From: a virus
Lineage: Duplodnaviria > Caudoviricetes
Virus record (IMG/VR): IMGVR_UViG_2738541308_000001
Coordinates: 20,260 to 84,259 of that record
Length of the DNA stretch: 64,000 nt
Strand: one strand, 5' to 3'
Part shown: positions 20,355 through 30,054 of the stretch, piece by piece
Layout of the letters: each line of letters opens with the position of its first letter
Numbering within the stretch: the stretch's first letter is position 1
Translations under genes and position numbers: made by a program
Notes under the pieces: model-generated
The model's input: the letters and a program-made list of their open reading frames with translations, nothing else
Database searches by the model: none
Told to the model about the DNA's origin: nothing

Positions 20355-20499
20355 GAGTTCCGGTGCGAAGCACCGAGGGTTACTTCCAATCGCAATGGGG
20401 ATGTCACGGGTTCGAATCCCGTCACCGGATCTGCATCCGGTGTAGCTCAGTTGGCTAGAGCGCCTACGTCACCCTCACCGCAACCATTACTCGGAACTC
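20355..20499 (+). ncRNA. YrlA-like Y RNA unit 2 with permuted tRNA domain
   Basis: GAGTTCCGGTGCGAAG/TTACTCGGAACTC stem; T-arm GGGTTCGAATCCC, closed acceptor stem, D-arm TAGCTCAGTTGGCTAGAGC. Confidence 0.9.
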
Positions 20500-20513
20500 A
20501 CAACAACTTTCGC

Positions 20514-20586
20514 GCTCCCGGTGCGAATCGGTCCGGCTACTTCTTTGGGTGAAATTTGCCGACACCGAGCCCATTTCCTCGGGAGC
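20514..20586 (+). ncRNA. Y RNA-like unit 3 (short)
   Basis: GCTCCCGGTGCGAA/TTCCTCGGGAGC stem; TACTTC motif. Confidence 0.75.
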
Positions 20587-20600
20587 CGCACACTTCACAC

Positions 20601-20732
20601 CTCCCGGTGCGAAGGGATGCGGATACTTCTTCCATGAGAAGACGGGGGTTCAAATCCCTCCCAGCCGAACATGATTCGACTGGTACACACAAGCGGCCTA
20701 GTGCGTCCCGCGTCCCACCTCATCCTCGGGAG
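20601..20732 (+). ncRNA. YrlA-like Y RNA unit 4
   Basis: CTCCCGGTGCGAAG/TCCTCGGGAG stem; T-arm GGGGGTTCAAATCCCTC; CCAGCCGAA/TTCGACTGG acceptor; divergent D-arm. Confidence 0.82.
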
Positions 20733-20744
20733 CCACAACTTCAC

Positions 20745-20889
20745 AGAGTTGATGCCGGTGCGAAGGAGTACCGCTACTTCGTGTGTTGCGGGTTCAAATC
20801 CCGTCAGCAGCCCCGGCTGCTGTAGCTCAACTGGCAGAGTAACGGACCCCCTCAGCGGCACCCCAACCTCATTACTCGGCATCAACTCT
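20745..20889 (+). ncRNA. YrlA-like Y RNA unit 5
   Basis: AGAGTTGATGCCGGTGCGAAG/TTACTCGGCATCAACTCT stem; T-arm GCGGGTTCAAATCCCGT; D-arm TAGCTCAACTGGCAGAGT. Confidence 0.88.
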
Positions 20890-20926
20890 CGTGGTGGCTC
20901 CCTCCGAATTGAACACGGAGAACACC

Positions 20927-22525
20927 ATGACCAAGTTCAACACCCCCGGAACACGAGCAACCGGACGACATCCGATCACCACCGACCGCCACCCATCCGG
21001 GCGGACCCACGAAGGCGCAGCCGGATACGCGCGTGACACCCAGTCCGAACTGTTCCTCCTCGCAGTGACCAACATGGTCGGTGAGAAGACGTTCTACGAA
21101 TCCGCCGCCTTACGCGATAACCGCTTCGGCGAACTGATCCGCACACTCGCCGCGCAACCGGACCCCGACCTCTGGCTCACACGCTTCGCCGGATGGCTCC
21201 GCAACTCCGCGAACATGCGTTCAGCCTCCCTCGTCCTCGCGGCAGAAGTCGTCCACGCCCGCCTCGCAGCCGGCCTGGCCGGTGGCAACAGGCAGATCAT
21301 CAATTCCGTGCTGCAGCGCGCGGACGAACCAGGCGAATTCCTCGCATACTGGCACACGAACTATGGCCGCAACCTCCCGCAGCCGGTCAAGCGCGGTGTC
21401 GGCGACGCCGCCACGCGCCTCTACACCGAGCGGTCTGCCATCAAATACGACACCGCATCTCACAGTGTCCGCTTCGCCGACGTCATCCGTCTGACTCACG
21501 CCGCCCCCAAAGCCGAATGGCAGAGCGACCTCTTCACCCACCTCGTCGGCGCCCGACTCGGCGTCGAAGACCTCACGATCCCCGAGTCGCTACTCATGCT
21601 GCGAGAAAACGCAGCCATGAAGGCACTGACTCCACAGCAGGCCGTCGACCTCCTCTTCACCCCGAACGACATCACCGACAACGCGTCCACTGCGCTCGCC
21701 GCTGCAGGAATGACATGGGAGCAGATCCCGTCCCTGATCAACGGACCGTGGACGGCCGCGATGTGGGAAGCGATCATCCCGTCGATGGGGTACATGGCGC
21801 TGCTGCGGAACCTCCGCAACTTCGACCAGGCCGGGGTCTCCGATGAAGTCGCAGAGCGGGTATGTAAGCGGCTCGTAGATCCCGAGCAGGTAGCGCGCTC
21901 GCGACAGTTCCCATTTCGGTTTTACTCGGCGTACAAGCACACGAACTCGCTGCGCTGGGCATACGCGCTCGAGAAGGCGCTCGGGATGTCGCTCGCAAAT
22001 GTTCCCCCGATGCCCGGCCGCACATTGATACTGGTCGACCAGTCGCCGTCGATGTTCCCCGGCTACTATTTCTCGACCCGAAACAGCAGTGACATCACGC
22101 TCGCCGAGCAGGCCGCACTCTTCGGGTCCGCGCTTGCGCTACGCGCGGAATCTGCGGATCTCGTCGGCTATGGCACCAATAGCTACTCGGTGCCATTCAC
22201 CCAGGGTGAAGCTGTCCTGCGCACGATGACGAAGTTTCACGTTGAAGACGGCACCGACACGGCCGCCGCAGTCGTTCACCGATTCAAGGGCCACGACCGC
22301 ATCGTGATCGTCACCGATGAGCAGACCCAGCGCAGTCGCTACGGCCGCATCGACGACTATGTTCCGGCGGGTGTTCCGGTCTATACCTGGAATCTCGGCG
22401 GCTATCAGCACGGCCACGGCCCGTCCGGGAACGCCCACCGGTACACCTTCGGTGGTCTAACCGATCAGATGTTCGCGATGATCCCGCTCCTCGAGCGTGG
22501 CGCCAACACATCGTGGCCGTTCTGA
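20927..22525 (+). CDS. rsr: Ro60/Rsr TROVE-domain RNA-binding protein
   Basis: THEGAAGY, ELFLLAV, MGYMALLRNLRNF, SRQFPFRF, vWA MIDAS-like DQSPSM and IVTDEQ; GGAG RBS. Confidence 0.95.
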   Translation: MTKFNTPGTRATGRHPITTDRHPSGRTHEGAAGYARDTQSELFLLAVTNMVGEKTFYESAALRDNRFGELIRTLAAQPDPDLWLTRFAGWLRNSANMRSASLVLAAEVVHARLAAGLAGGNRQIINSVLQRADEPGEFLAYWHTNYGRNLPQPVKRGVGDAATRLYTERSAIKYDTASHSVRFADVIRLTHAAPKAEWQSDLFTHLVGARLGVEDLTIPESLLMLRENAAMKALTPQQAVDLLFTPNDITDNASTALAAAGMTWEQIPSLINGPWTAAMWEAIIPSMGYMALLRNLRNFDQAGVSDEVAERVCKRLVDPEQVARSRQFPFRFYSAYKHTNSLRWAYALEKALGMSLANVPPMPGRTLILVDQSPSMFPGYYFSTRNSSDITLAEQAALFGSALALRAESADLVGYGTNSYSVPFTQGEAVLRTMTKFHVEDGTDTAAAVVHRFKGHDRIVIVTDEQTQRSRYGRIDDYVPAGVPVYTWNLGGYQHGHGPSGNAHRYTFGGLTDQMFAMIPLLERGANTSWPF

Positions 22526-23178
22526 TGGCGATGTCGACTGCCGCGGACTGGGCGGCGAAACTCCGAGACCTCCAACCGGTAACCCTCGACGCAGTAGACA
22601 TTGATCCGGAGTCTGGCTGGATTCGCTGCGGCGGAGACAGCATGGTCTTCGGACTCAAAGTCGCAGACTGCGTAGGAATTCCGATGGTCGGTCACACATA
22701 CGAGCTGGAGACAGTACTCGGCTCCACCGTCACCGGACTCCGAACCGGGGACTTCTGGCTCATGCGTAAGACCGATCAACAGCTCGCCGATGAGCACAAC
22801 ACGATGGTTGCCGGTTTCCAGGACGAACGGCGACGGACTCTCGAGACCTGTCGGGAGACGTGGACCGAACAGGAAGCAGCGTTGCCGGACTGGCTACGTG
22901 AACGACTGCCACGGTTCCGCACGAATGGCGGCGAACGGTTTGACCTCGACGGGTGGGGCTACGAACTGATGATCTGCCGCCTCGCCGCGGTTCTCGCCGA
23001 CGGCGACGAAGACGCTGCCAACGCCCTCGCATCGGAGAGCGGTGCATCCGGCAACCAATGGGACTGCGCGAAAGCCCTTGCCTCCCATCATGAGGGCGGT
23101 GCCGACCTAACCGAATTCCCGGCCGGGTTGACCCCGCTCACCGGTGACCCCTACTACCTCGGAAAGACGGAATCATGA
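22525..23178 (+). CDS. Hypothetical protein coupled to Ro60
   Basis: TGATG overlap. Confidence 0.7.
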   Translation: MAMSTAADWAAKLRDLQPVTLDAVDIDPESGWIRCGGDSMVFGLKVADCVGIPMVGHTYELETVLGSTVTGLRTGDFWLMRKTDQQLADEHNTMVAGFQDERRRTLETCRETWTEQEAALPDWLRERLPRFRTNGGERFDLDGWGYELMICRLAAVLADGDEDAANALASESGASGNQWDCAKALASHHEGGADLTEFPAGLTPLTGDPYYLGKTES

Positions 23179-23447
23179 CTGCAGCATCAACGATCCACCC
23201 GGACCGACACCCCCAAGCCGGGACCGCCGTCACCATCGACGTCCCCGGGATCGGGGCAGGGGAGTACTGGATCGAAGACTGGTGGGACCGCGCCGCAGGA
23301 ATGTCCTGGATGGTTGCGGACGGTAACCCTGCAGCGCTCAAGTATGCGATTCGCGTCGGATTCTCCAACCTGCCCGTCGACAACGAAGTCGTCTACGGGC
23401 ACCTCGGTAGCTTCGGGCACCTGATTCACACCTCGGAACTGCCATGA
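23175..23447 (+). CDS. Conserved phage hypothetical protein
   Basis: IEDWWDR...GNPAALKYA...DNEVVYG. Confidence 0.75.
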   Translation: MTAASTIHPDRHPQAGTAVTIDVPGIGAGEYWIEDWWDRAAGMSWMVADGNPAALKYAIRVGFSNLPVDNEVVYGHLGSFGHLIHTSELP

Positions 23448-24043
23448 CCGCCGCCGCAGTAACCGAGAAGCGTAAGCAACAGCGCGCCACACGAACCCGC
23501 ACCAAGATCCTCGTCAAAGCAGCACACCTCTTCGACACCCACGGCTACGCCGCGACCACCATCAACGATGTCTGCGAGTCCGGGCTCCTCACCAAAGGCG
23601 CGATCTACTACCACTTCACTTCCAAGGAAGAGATCGCCGGTGCACTGATCGGAATGTGGGTCGACGCAGCCACAGACATCAGCAACGACATCGACGGCGA
23701 CCCAGTCGACGCGCTCACCACCCTCGCGAGCAAGCTCGCTGACACCGCCGCGAAAAACCCGGAACTCCGCGCCGGACTGAAACTGAGCACCGAAACACAG
23801 ATCGACGCCAGCTACACCGGCTACGAATCGTGGACCAGCCTTGTCACCGAACGCATCTGCGATGCAGTCGACGCCGGCCAGCTCGTCAACACTCCCGCCG
23901 CGCGGCTCGCCGGAAACGGCATCTGCGCGGCGCTAGTCGGGTTCCTCATCACCCCTGGCAGTGGCTTCACCTTCACTGACCGTTTCGCAGAAACAGTCAA
24001 CGCGATCCTCGCCGGACTCCGACCACTGAAAGAAGCAGCATGA
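23444..24043 (+). CDS. TetR family regulator, ScbR/ArpA-like
   Basis: KQQRATRTRTKIL..AA..F...GY....TKGAIYYHFTSKEE. Confidence 0.88.
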   Translation: MTAAAVTEKRKQQRATRTRTKILVKAAHLFDTHGYAATTINDVCESGLLTKGAIYYHFTSKEEIAGALIGMWVDAATDISNDIDGDPVDALTTLASKLADTAAKNPELRAGLKLSTETQIDASYTGYESWTSLVTERICDAVDAGQLVNTPAARLAGNGICAALVGFLITPGSGFTFTDRFAETVNAILAGLRPLKEAA

Positions 24044-24300
24044 GTACCCAATACGGCACCGTCGACCTCGAGCTGATCGAATATGTCCGCGATCAGGACG
24101 AACTCGACGCCGTCAACGCGCTCGGCATCATCAAACCGAATACGGTCCTGCTCAACGGCCGCCACCTTCGGATCCCTGTGGATCAGTCCATCACCGTCGA
24201 CTCCGTTGAAGTACCCGGACACGATGTCGCGAAAGTGACGCTCACTTTGTTCGTTCGCAAGGTCAACATCGAAGCGCGAGTGAGGCCGGAAGCCGAATGA
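24040..24300 (+). CDS. Hypothetical protein
   Basis: Coupled ORF. Confidence 0.65.
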   Translation: MSTQYGTVDLELIEYVRDQDELDAVNALGIIKPNTVLLNGRHLRIPVDQSITVDSVEVPGHDVAKVTLTLFVRKVNIEARVRPEAE

Positions 24301-24623
24301 CCGGGTTCCTCGTCCATTTCTTCATCATCGTCGCAACGATCTGCAACGCAATCCTTGCAGGTTTCGCCATCGTGTTCGTCGTCTCGACAGTCCTGCCGAA
24401 CCCTCGACTGTTCAACATCCTCATCGGTTGGCTGACCGCACTCGGACCCGAAAGCAACGAGGATGCCGACGCGTGACCGACTCCGGTACACGCTGCGCCA
24501 GTGGCGGGGTCGCATCCGCCGAACCCTTCGCCGAGTACTGACCGCTGAATGGTTCGGACACATCGACCCCGCCGACTGGTGGGACTGACCAACACACTCA
24601 CTACCGGTAAGGAGCACCGCTCG

Positions 24624-25217
24624 ATGAGCAACATCTGGCTCACCGCAGACCTGCACCTCGCACATCCGAAGGTCGCAAAACTCCGCGGCTTCGACAGCAT
24701 CGACGAGCACGACCGAACAATCCTGTCGAACATCGCCAACACCCTCAACCGAAACGACCACCTGTGGATTTGCGGTGACCTCTCCAGCGGCGGCTCCGGG
24801 TCCGAACGGTCAGCACTCGATCAACTTCAGCAGTTCACACCGTTCTTCACCATGCATCTCGTCGCCGGAAACCACGATTCCGTGCACCCGATTCACCGGA
24901 AGGCCTACACACGGCAAGGAATCTTCGGGGAAGTGTTCGCGTCGATCCAACCGTTCGCCTACCGACGCGCGGCCGGGCACCGACTTTGGCTGTCCCACTT
25001 TCCATACTTCGGGGACGGCGACCGCGACGCCATCGAACGATTCCCGGAAGTGCGACTACACGACAACGGCATCGACTTCCTCGCACACGGCCATCTGCAC
25101 TGCACCGAGCAGTGGACCGGCCCCCGCTCCCTGCACGTCGGACTCGACGCCTGGAACCTCGCGCCAGTCAACATCGACACCGTCGTCGACATGATCGTAG
25201 AAAGAGCAGCAGCATGA
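24624..25217 (+). CDS. Calcineurin-like metallophosphoesterase
   Basis: DLH, GD, GNHD, HGHLH motifs. Confidence 0.92.
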   Translation: MSNIWLTADLHLAHPKVAKLRGFDSIDEHDRTILSNIANTLNRNDHLWICGDLSSGGSGSERSALDQLQQFTPFFTMHLVAGNHDSVHPIHRKAYTRQGIFGEVFASIQPFAYRRAAGHRLWLSHFPYFGDGDRDAIERFPEVRLHDNGIDFLAHGHLHCTEQWTGPRSLHVGLDAWNLAPVNIDTVVDMIVERAAA

Positions 25218-25750
25218 GCGCCGACCAACATCTCCTCGTCGCCGAGTTCCACCGCGCCTTCGGCCACCCCGTCGCGTTGATGCCGACCTGGCGCGACCAG
25301 AAAACCCGCGAACTCCGCATCCGGTTGCTCCTCGAGGAATACGACGAACTACGAGCAGCCGAGGCCGCGAACGACCGCGTCGAAATCGCAGACGCACTCG
25401 CCGACATCGCGTACATCGCACACGGCACCATGTGGGTGCACGGTCTGCCGTACTGGGCGAACAAAACCTTCGACGGAACTCTCGACGACGCAGTCGAAAA
25501 GTACCGCAACGCAGGCACACTCATCGAGGCGCACCTCGCGCTCTCCGTCATCCAGGTCCAGGTCCGGACCCACGCCGACACAGCAGGCATCCCGTTCGCT
25601 GCCGTGTTCACCGAAGTCCACGCATCCAACATGAGCAAACTCGGGCCCGACGGTAAGCCGATCTACCGCGCCGACGGCAAGATCCTCAAAGGCCCGAACT
25701 ACTTCGCCCCTGACATCGCTCGCATCCTCGCCGAAGTTGATGCCGCATGA
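25214..25750 (+). CDS. MazG-like NTP pyrophosphohydrolase
   Basis: EEYDE, EIADALADIAY, EVHASNMSK, DGKILKGPNY. Confidence 0.9.
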   Translation: MSADQHLLVAEFHRAFGHPVALMPTWRDQKTRELRIRLLLEEYDELRAAEAANDRVEIADALADIAYIAHGTMWVHGLPYWANKTFDGTLDDAVEKYRNAGTLIEAHLALSVIQVQVRTHADTAGIPFAAVFTEVHASNMSKLGPDGKPIYRADGKILKGPNYFAPDIARILAEVDAA

Positions 25751-25844
25751 AGCAGATGATCGCGGCACTCGCGGCAGCCGCCGTCACATTCGCCGCCCTC
25801 GTCTACATCGCATGGGTGGTGCTCACCGAAGGATTCGACAACAG

Positions 25845-26480
25845 ATGAACGATGCCTGCCTGTGTGGCCTGTGCCCGGCATGCCGACGGGAGGACAGAAT
25901 CTCCCAGCGGCCAACACCGACCGCGCCTCCCGTATTGTCGGAACCCGCGCGCCGCATTCTCGCTGAACCCGCCGGATACACCCCACCGCCTCGACCTCGC
26001 GTATCCACCTCGGCTCCCAAGCCGCCGAAGCGGAAACCGACATCCGCGCGCAAACCGCAGAAGAAGAGGACCCCTCGTCCCGCGCCAGCGAACCCGCGAC
26101 CAGTCGGACCAGCGGACCAATTCACCCCAACCCCGTGCGACGAATGCGGCGAACCGCGGATCGTAATCCCCTACGGACGCGCATTCACCCTCGCCGGCCG
26201 AAACGGACTGTGCGAGTTGTGCTTCGACAGCAGCAAAATGACATCGGAACTTGCACGCCTCGAGGCGCTGCCGCTGCCGTACACCCCGCAAATCCGCAAC
26301 CGGCTGAGAATGCTGCGTCGCCACCGAGAACGCGTCCTCCGCGACGGACGCCCGTATCACCAGGCCGCACCGCACGGGAAAGTCAGCGCCTACCAAGTTT
26401 TCGGATGCCGCTGCGCCCCGTGCCGCGCCGTCAAATCCGCGTACCTCCACGAGTACCGCTACCGCCGAACCAAGGACTGA
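25845..26480 (+). CDS. Multi-Cys Zn-binding hypothetical protein
   Basis: CLCGLCPAC, CDEC, CELC, HG...Y...GCRCAPCR. Confidence 0.65.
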   Translation: MNDACLCGLCPACRREDRISQRPTPTAPPVLSEPARRILAEPAGYTPPPRPRVSTSAPKPPKRKPTSARKPQKKRTPRPAPANPRPVGPADQFTPTPCDECGEPRIVIPYGRAFTLAGRNGLCELCFDSSKMTSELARLEALPLPYTPQIRNRLRMLRRHRERVLRDGRPYHQAAPHGKVSAYQVFGCRCAPCRAVKSAYLHEYRYRRTKD

Positions 26481-26582
26481 TCAATGGTCGATGGGCGAGG
26501 GAACTTGCGGGTCAGATTAGCCATCATGTGTCAATGCGACCCTAAACATCCGAAGCGGTCTGCGATAAGCGACAATCTCCCC

Positions 26583-27938
26583 ATGATCATCGTTCTTGAC
26601 ACGACAGTTGTGCTTTCGGACCCGCAGCTGCGGGCAGCGTGGTGGAATACTCTCAAGGAGACAGCCAAGCGAAATACTGCGCGAATCTTGGTCCCGGAAG
26701 TAGTCGTGATCGAGGCGGTCGCCAATCAAAGGCGAACCCTGGCCGCGTTGTCGAAGAAATTGATCGAGGCAGCTCAGCGGGAAAAGCGATTCGGTGTCGA
26801 CTCCATCTGTGATGCTATTGGCGCCGCAATTGATGCGAAAACTGAGGCATTTGAGCGAGAATTGCGCGGGCACCTGTCGTCTGTCGGTGCGACGTTCGTT
26901 CCACCCGCCTCGATTGATCATCTTGAGCTGGTCGCCCGTGCGGTGATGTTTCGCAAGCCCTGGGATGGTGACGAACGGAAAGATGGTTACCGAGACACGC
27001 TCAATTGGCTGACCGTCATCGATATTGCCGAGTCGAATGCAGGACACGAGGTCTGGTGGGTCTCGCAAAATTCCAAGGACTTCGGCGCCAACGATGACGA
27101 CGACAACCCTACGAAGTGGCACCACGACATCAATGAGGAGCTTCAATCGAAGGGGCTCATCGATCGGGTGAATTGGGCACACGACATTGCCTCACTCCTA
27201 TCCGCCATCGCTGAGCGCACTGCACCGGTTGCGGCTGGAGACAAGCAGGAGTTCGTCGAAAAGATATCCGAGAAAGAACTCTTCGGATACGTCTACTCTG
27301 AGCTAGTAGGTTGGAAACTTGAGGGTGCGGCAATTGGCCTTCCAAAGGCCACGCGGTCAGCGGAGATCGTATTCATGACGGACTTGCGCGACATCGAGTG
27401 GGAGAGCTTGGCAGGAGACGGCGATGGCGGATATGTAGCGCGTTTCAACTCGATCGTGCACGCTGGGATCAAGGCAGTGATTCCAGATGAGGACGGACTG
27501 CACTCGGTTACCCCAGAACGCGATTTCAGTATTTCCGGAGTTGCGAGCCTGACGCGAGATGGGTCAATTACCTCGGTTTCTCTATCCTCGATTGAGGTGA
27601 GTTCCGCACTCCTTCGCGAGGCGTTGGCAAATATCAAGCATGCAGCTCGTCATGCAGCGGATCGGCATTTGGATAGCAATCTTGGAGATCGAAATACACG
27701 CCGGAGGGTCCTTGCTGACGTACTGCTCATGGCTATCGCCGGCCTGAATAACCCGCAGCTAGCGGACCTTGACTTCGCTGCGCTCGAAACCACTTTGCGC
27801 GAATCTGGCGTTTCAGAGGATACGGTTACGAGCCTCTTGAAACAGGCAAAGCATATGCGCAACGCGACCCTTCACGGACGACCGCTCGAACCATTCGAAC
27901 TAGGGTCCGGAGAAGCGGCCTTGAACGATGATGACTAA
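26583..27938 (+). CDS. PIN-domain protein (PIN_12/DUF4935-like), moron
   Basis: IIVLDTTV, VPEVVVIE, KDGYRDTLNW, VSQNSKDF; lower GC. Confidence 0.85.
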   Translation: MIIVLDTTVVLSDPQLRAAWWNTLKETAKRNTARILVPEVVVIEAVANQRRTLAALSKKLIEAAQREKRFGVDSICDAIGAAIDAKTEAFERELRGHLSSVGATFVPPASIDHLELVARAVMFRKPWDGDERKDGYRDTLNWLTVIDIAESNAGHEVWWVSQNSKDFGANDDDDNPTKWHHDINEELQSKGLIDRVNWAHDIASLLSAIAERTAPVAAGDKQEFVEKISEKELFGYVYSELVGWKLEGAAIGLPKATRSAEIVFMTDLRDIEWESLAGDGDGGYVARFNSIVHAGIKAVIPDEDGLHSVTPERDFSISGVASLTRDGSITSVSLSSIEVSSALLREALANIKHAARHAADRHLDSNLGDRNTRRRVLADVLLMAIAGLNNPQLADLDFAALETTLRESGVSEDTVTSLLKQAKHMRNATLHGRPLEPFELGSGEAALNDDD

Positions 27939-27988
27939 CCCCAAGCAACATAGCTTCAGGCTTGTTTGTCGATTGGTTGGAGGTGAAA

Positions 27989-28459
27989 ATGGAACTCGCA
28001 CAACTGGTGACTGTGATTGATTCTTTGCAAGCCGCACAGCCGGTAACGGATGCCTACGAGCCGCGCAGCGACGGCACGGTCCGGTATTCCTCACAGAAGG
28101 AGCACCTGCTCGGCTTCTGGGGCGAATACAACACTCCCGGTGCCTACAACCGGAAGCACACCGATCGTGACGCGAAGTTCGCCTACAACCACCTGCGGTG
28201 CGCCCCAGCGTTGCTCTGGCTCGCCGAGGCATTGGGTGAAGAACGCGATGTTCTCGAAAAGGCAATCGCCGCAATCCGCACTGCCGGACCTAACCGATCG
28301 TCGCAGTGCGCGGCATTCCGAAAGGTGTTGCCGTGGTCGAGAATCGAGTCACTGATCGAGGCGGGAGATTTCGCTCGCCCAGGTTTGTCCAGGCATGTAG
28401 GCGCCCTCGTGACGCGAATCAGCAGGTTGATTCCGGCGATGACTAGACAACCCGCGTAG
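27989..28459 (+). CDS. Hypothetical protein
   Basis: GGAGG RBS; SQKEH, YNHLRC..LLWLAEALG. Confidence 0.75.
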   Translation: MELAQLVTVIDSLQAAQPVTDAYEPRSDGTVRYSSQKEHLLGFWGEYNTPGAYNRKHTDRDAKFAYNHLRCAPALLWLAEALGEERDVLEKAIAAIRTAGPNRSSQCAAFRKVLPWSRIESLIEAGDFARPGLSRHVGALVTRISRLIPAMTRQPA

Positions 28460-29483
28460 ACAGCGTCTACTCTGTCTCTCGCGGGACACGTGTCGAAAAA
28501 TCCGGTCCCAAATTCTCCGGTACTTCCTAGACCATTCGGGTCTCTGTAACCACGCTCTCCGGAACGTAGATGCAGACCGGGGCACAACCGAATAGCGGGC
28601 AATGCCCGGACGTCCCTCGCGGTCGGCGTCCGGGCATTGTCGCACCCAGACTCCCTCAGGATGCAGCCAGCCAGCAGCGCCGAGGGCTTCGCCCCGACCG
28701 CACGTTTCCGCTACCTCGGGATGCGGTCGGGGCACACAAACTAGACGAGGTGCGGATGAAGCGAAGACTCTCGAATTGGTTGCGACGCATCGCCTATCGA
28801 CTCGACCCAGAACCGACGCGACCTCAGAGTCGGGACTATGGACAGGTGCCGTACGTGCCGAAAGTCCCTACCCTGACCTTCGGTCGACAGTCTGGCCAGA
28901 CAGAACAGATGCAACAGTACTTGGCGCGGAACAATGACCGCCCGAACCATCGGTGACATCGACAGGCTTCTCAGCCGAGTGGTCGAATTCCGACGACGTG
29001 CGCCTGACCAACGATTTCACCAAATCCTCAGTCGCAGAATCGACTCACTCCTCGCGGACCGAACACACGCGAAGGCACAAACTTGGCCGGCCGCCGAACC
29101 CCTCGACCTCGAGGATCGGCTTGTCAACGTCACCCGGCCCTGGCACGAGTCAGCCAGGGCCGGGAGCGAAGCGCACCCACGACATACCCACCGTTCAATG
29201 GGTGAGGTGTTGCTGCCCGGCCAACCAACCGAAGAAGGAAACGGGGGAGACGATGCAATCACCACGTCGTGACCCGTTCCTGCAGTACTGGACCAGCAGC
29301 GCAGAAGGCCTCGCGAAGTGGGCCTCCACGCCTGACGGCGCATGGACGCGATTGGTGGCCCACCTGCGCAAACACATGTCCGAACGCCACGCGAAAGGCC
29401 TTGCCTCCAAGTACTACCGCGTGGTGTTCGGCATGTGGGTCGGGGAACGGAAAGGGAAAAACCCGGTCGGGCCGGGCTGACGA

Positions 29484-30020
29484 CTACTGCTGAGTCATCG
29501 ACGTGATCTCAACGCTGTACTTCGAGTCGCCCATGAACTGCACATTGCACTCGTAGTTCGCGCGCAACACTGTGCCGAGGGCGTTCTGACTGTCGACACC
29601 ACCGGAAATCGTCCACGTGTCTGTCGGATCCTCGCGCACTGCCGGATCTGCCGTGAACTCCGCTGAGGCCGGCGCCGACAACCGATCGGAAACAGTGTCC
29701 TGGCAAGCCTGAACCGCGTTCTCGACGCGACTCGTGCGCGTCGGAGATGTCAATGAGAAGATCACGACAAGCGCCACGAACAAGACGACGACCCCGCCGA
29801 GAATCCACGGCCACCGCTTCTTCTTTTTCGGAGGCTGGGGCACCGGGTACCCGGCGGGCTGCCCCGACCAGTTTTGCTGCGGCTGCTGCGGGTACGCGCC
29901 CGAAGGCTGTCCGTACCCGTACGGCGCGCGCGGATCTGCTCCTACCGGCGGGTTGACGCCGGGTTGACGCGGATCTGCTCCTGGATGGGGATAGCCACCG
30001 TTCGGCGGGGGCTGAGTCAT
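29484..30020 (-). CDS. Membrane protein with Pro/Gln-rich N-terminus
   Basis: KKKKRWPW + TM helix + VDSQNALG extracellular domain; possible superinfection exclusion. Confidence 0.8.
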   Translation of the reverse strand: MTQPPPNGGYPHPGADPRQPGVNPPVGADPRAPYGYGQPSGAYPQQPQQNWSGQPAGYPVPQPPKKKKRWPWILGGVVVLFVALVVIFSLTSPTRTSRVENAVQACQDTVSDRLSAPASAEFTADPAVREDPTDTWTISGGVDSQNALGTVLRANYECNVQFMGDSKYSVEITSMTQQ

Positions 30021-30054
30021 CGTCACAACCTTCACTCGTCCAGAGGGCCGGTGA

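Noticed and set aside
20264-20885. Short ORFs across the Y RNA array
   Set aside because: No RBS or protein-like composition; region explained by structured RNAs
20258-20889. CRISPR array or tRNA cluster
   Set aside because: Repeats are ~10 nt with unit lengths 73-145 nt, no cas genes; tRNA arms are in permuted order within Ro-binding stems, fitting Y RNAs
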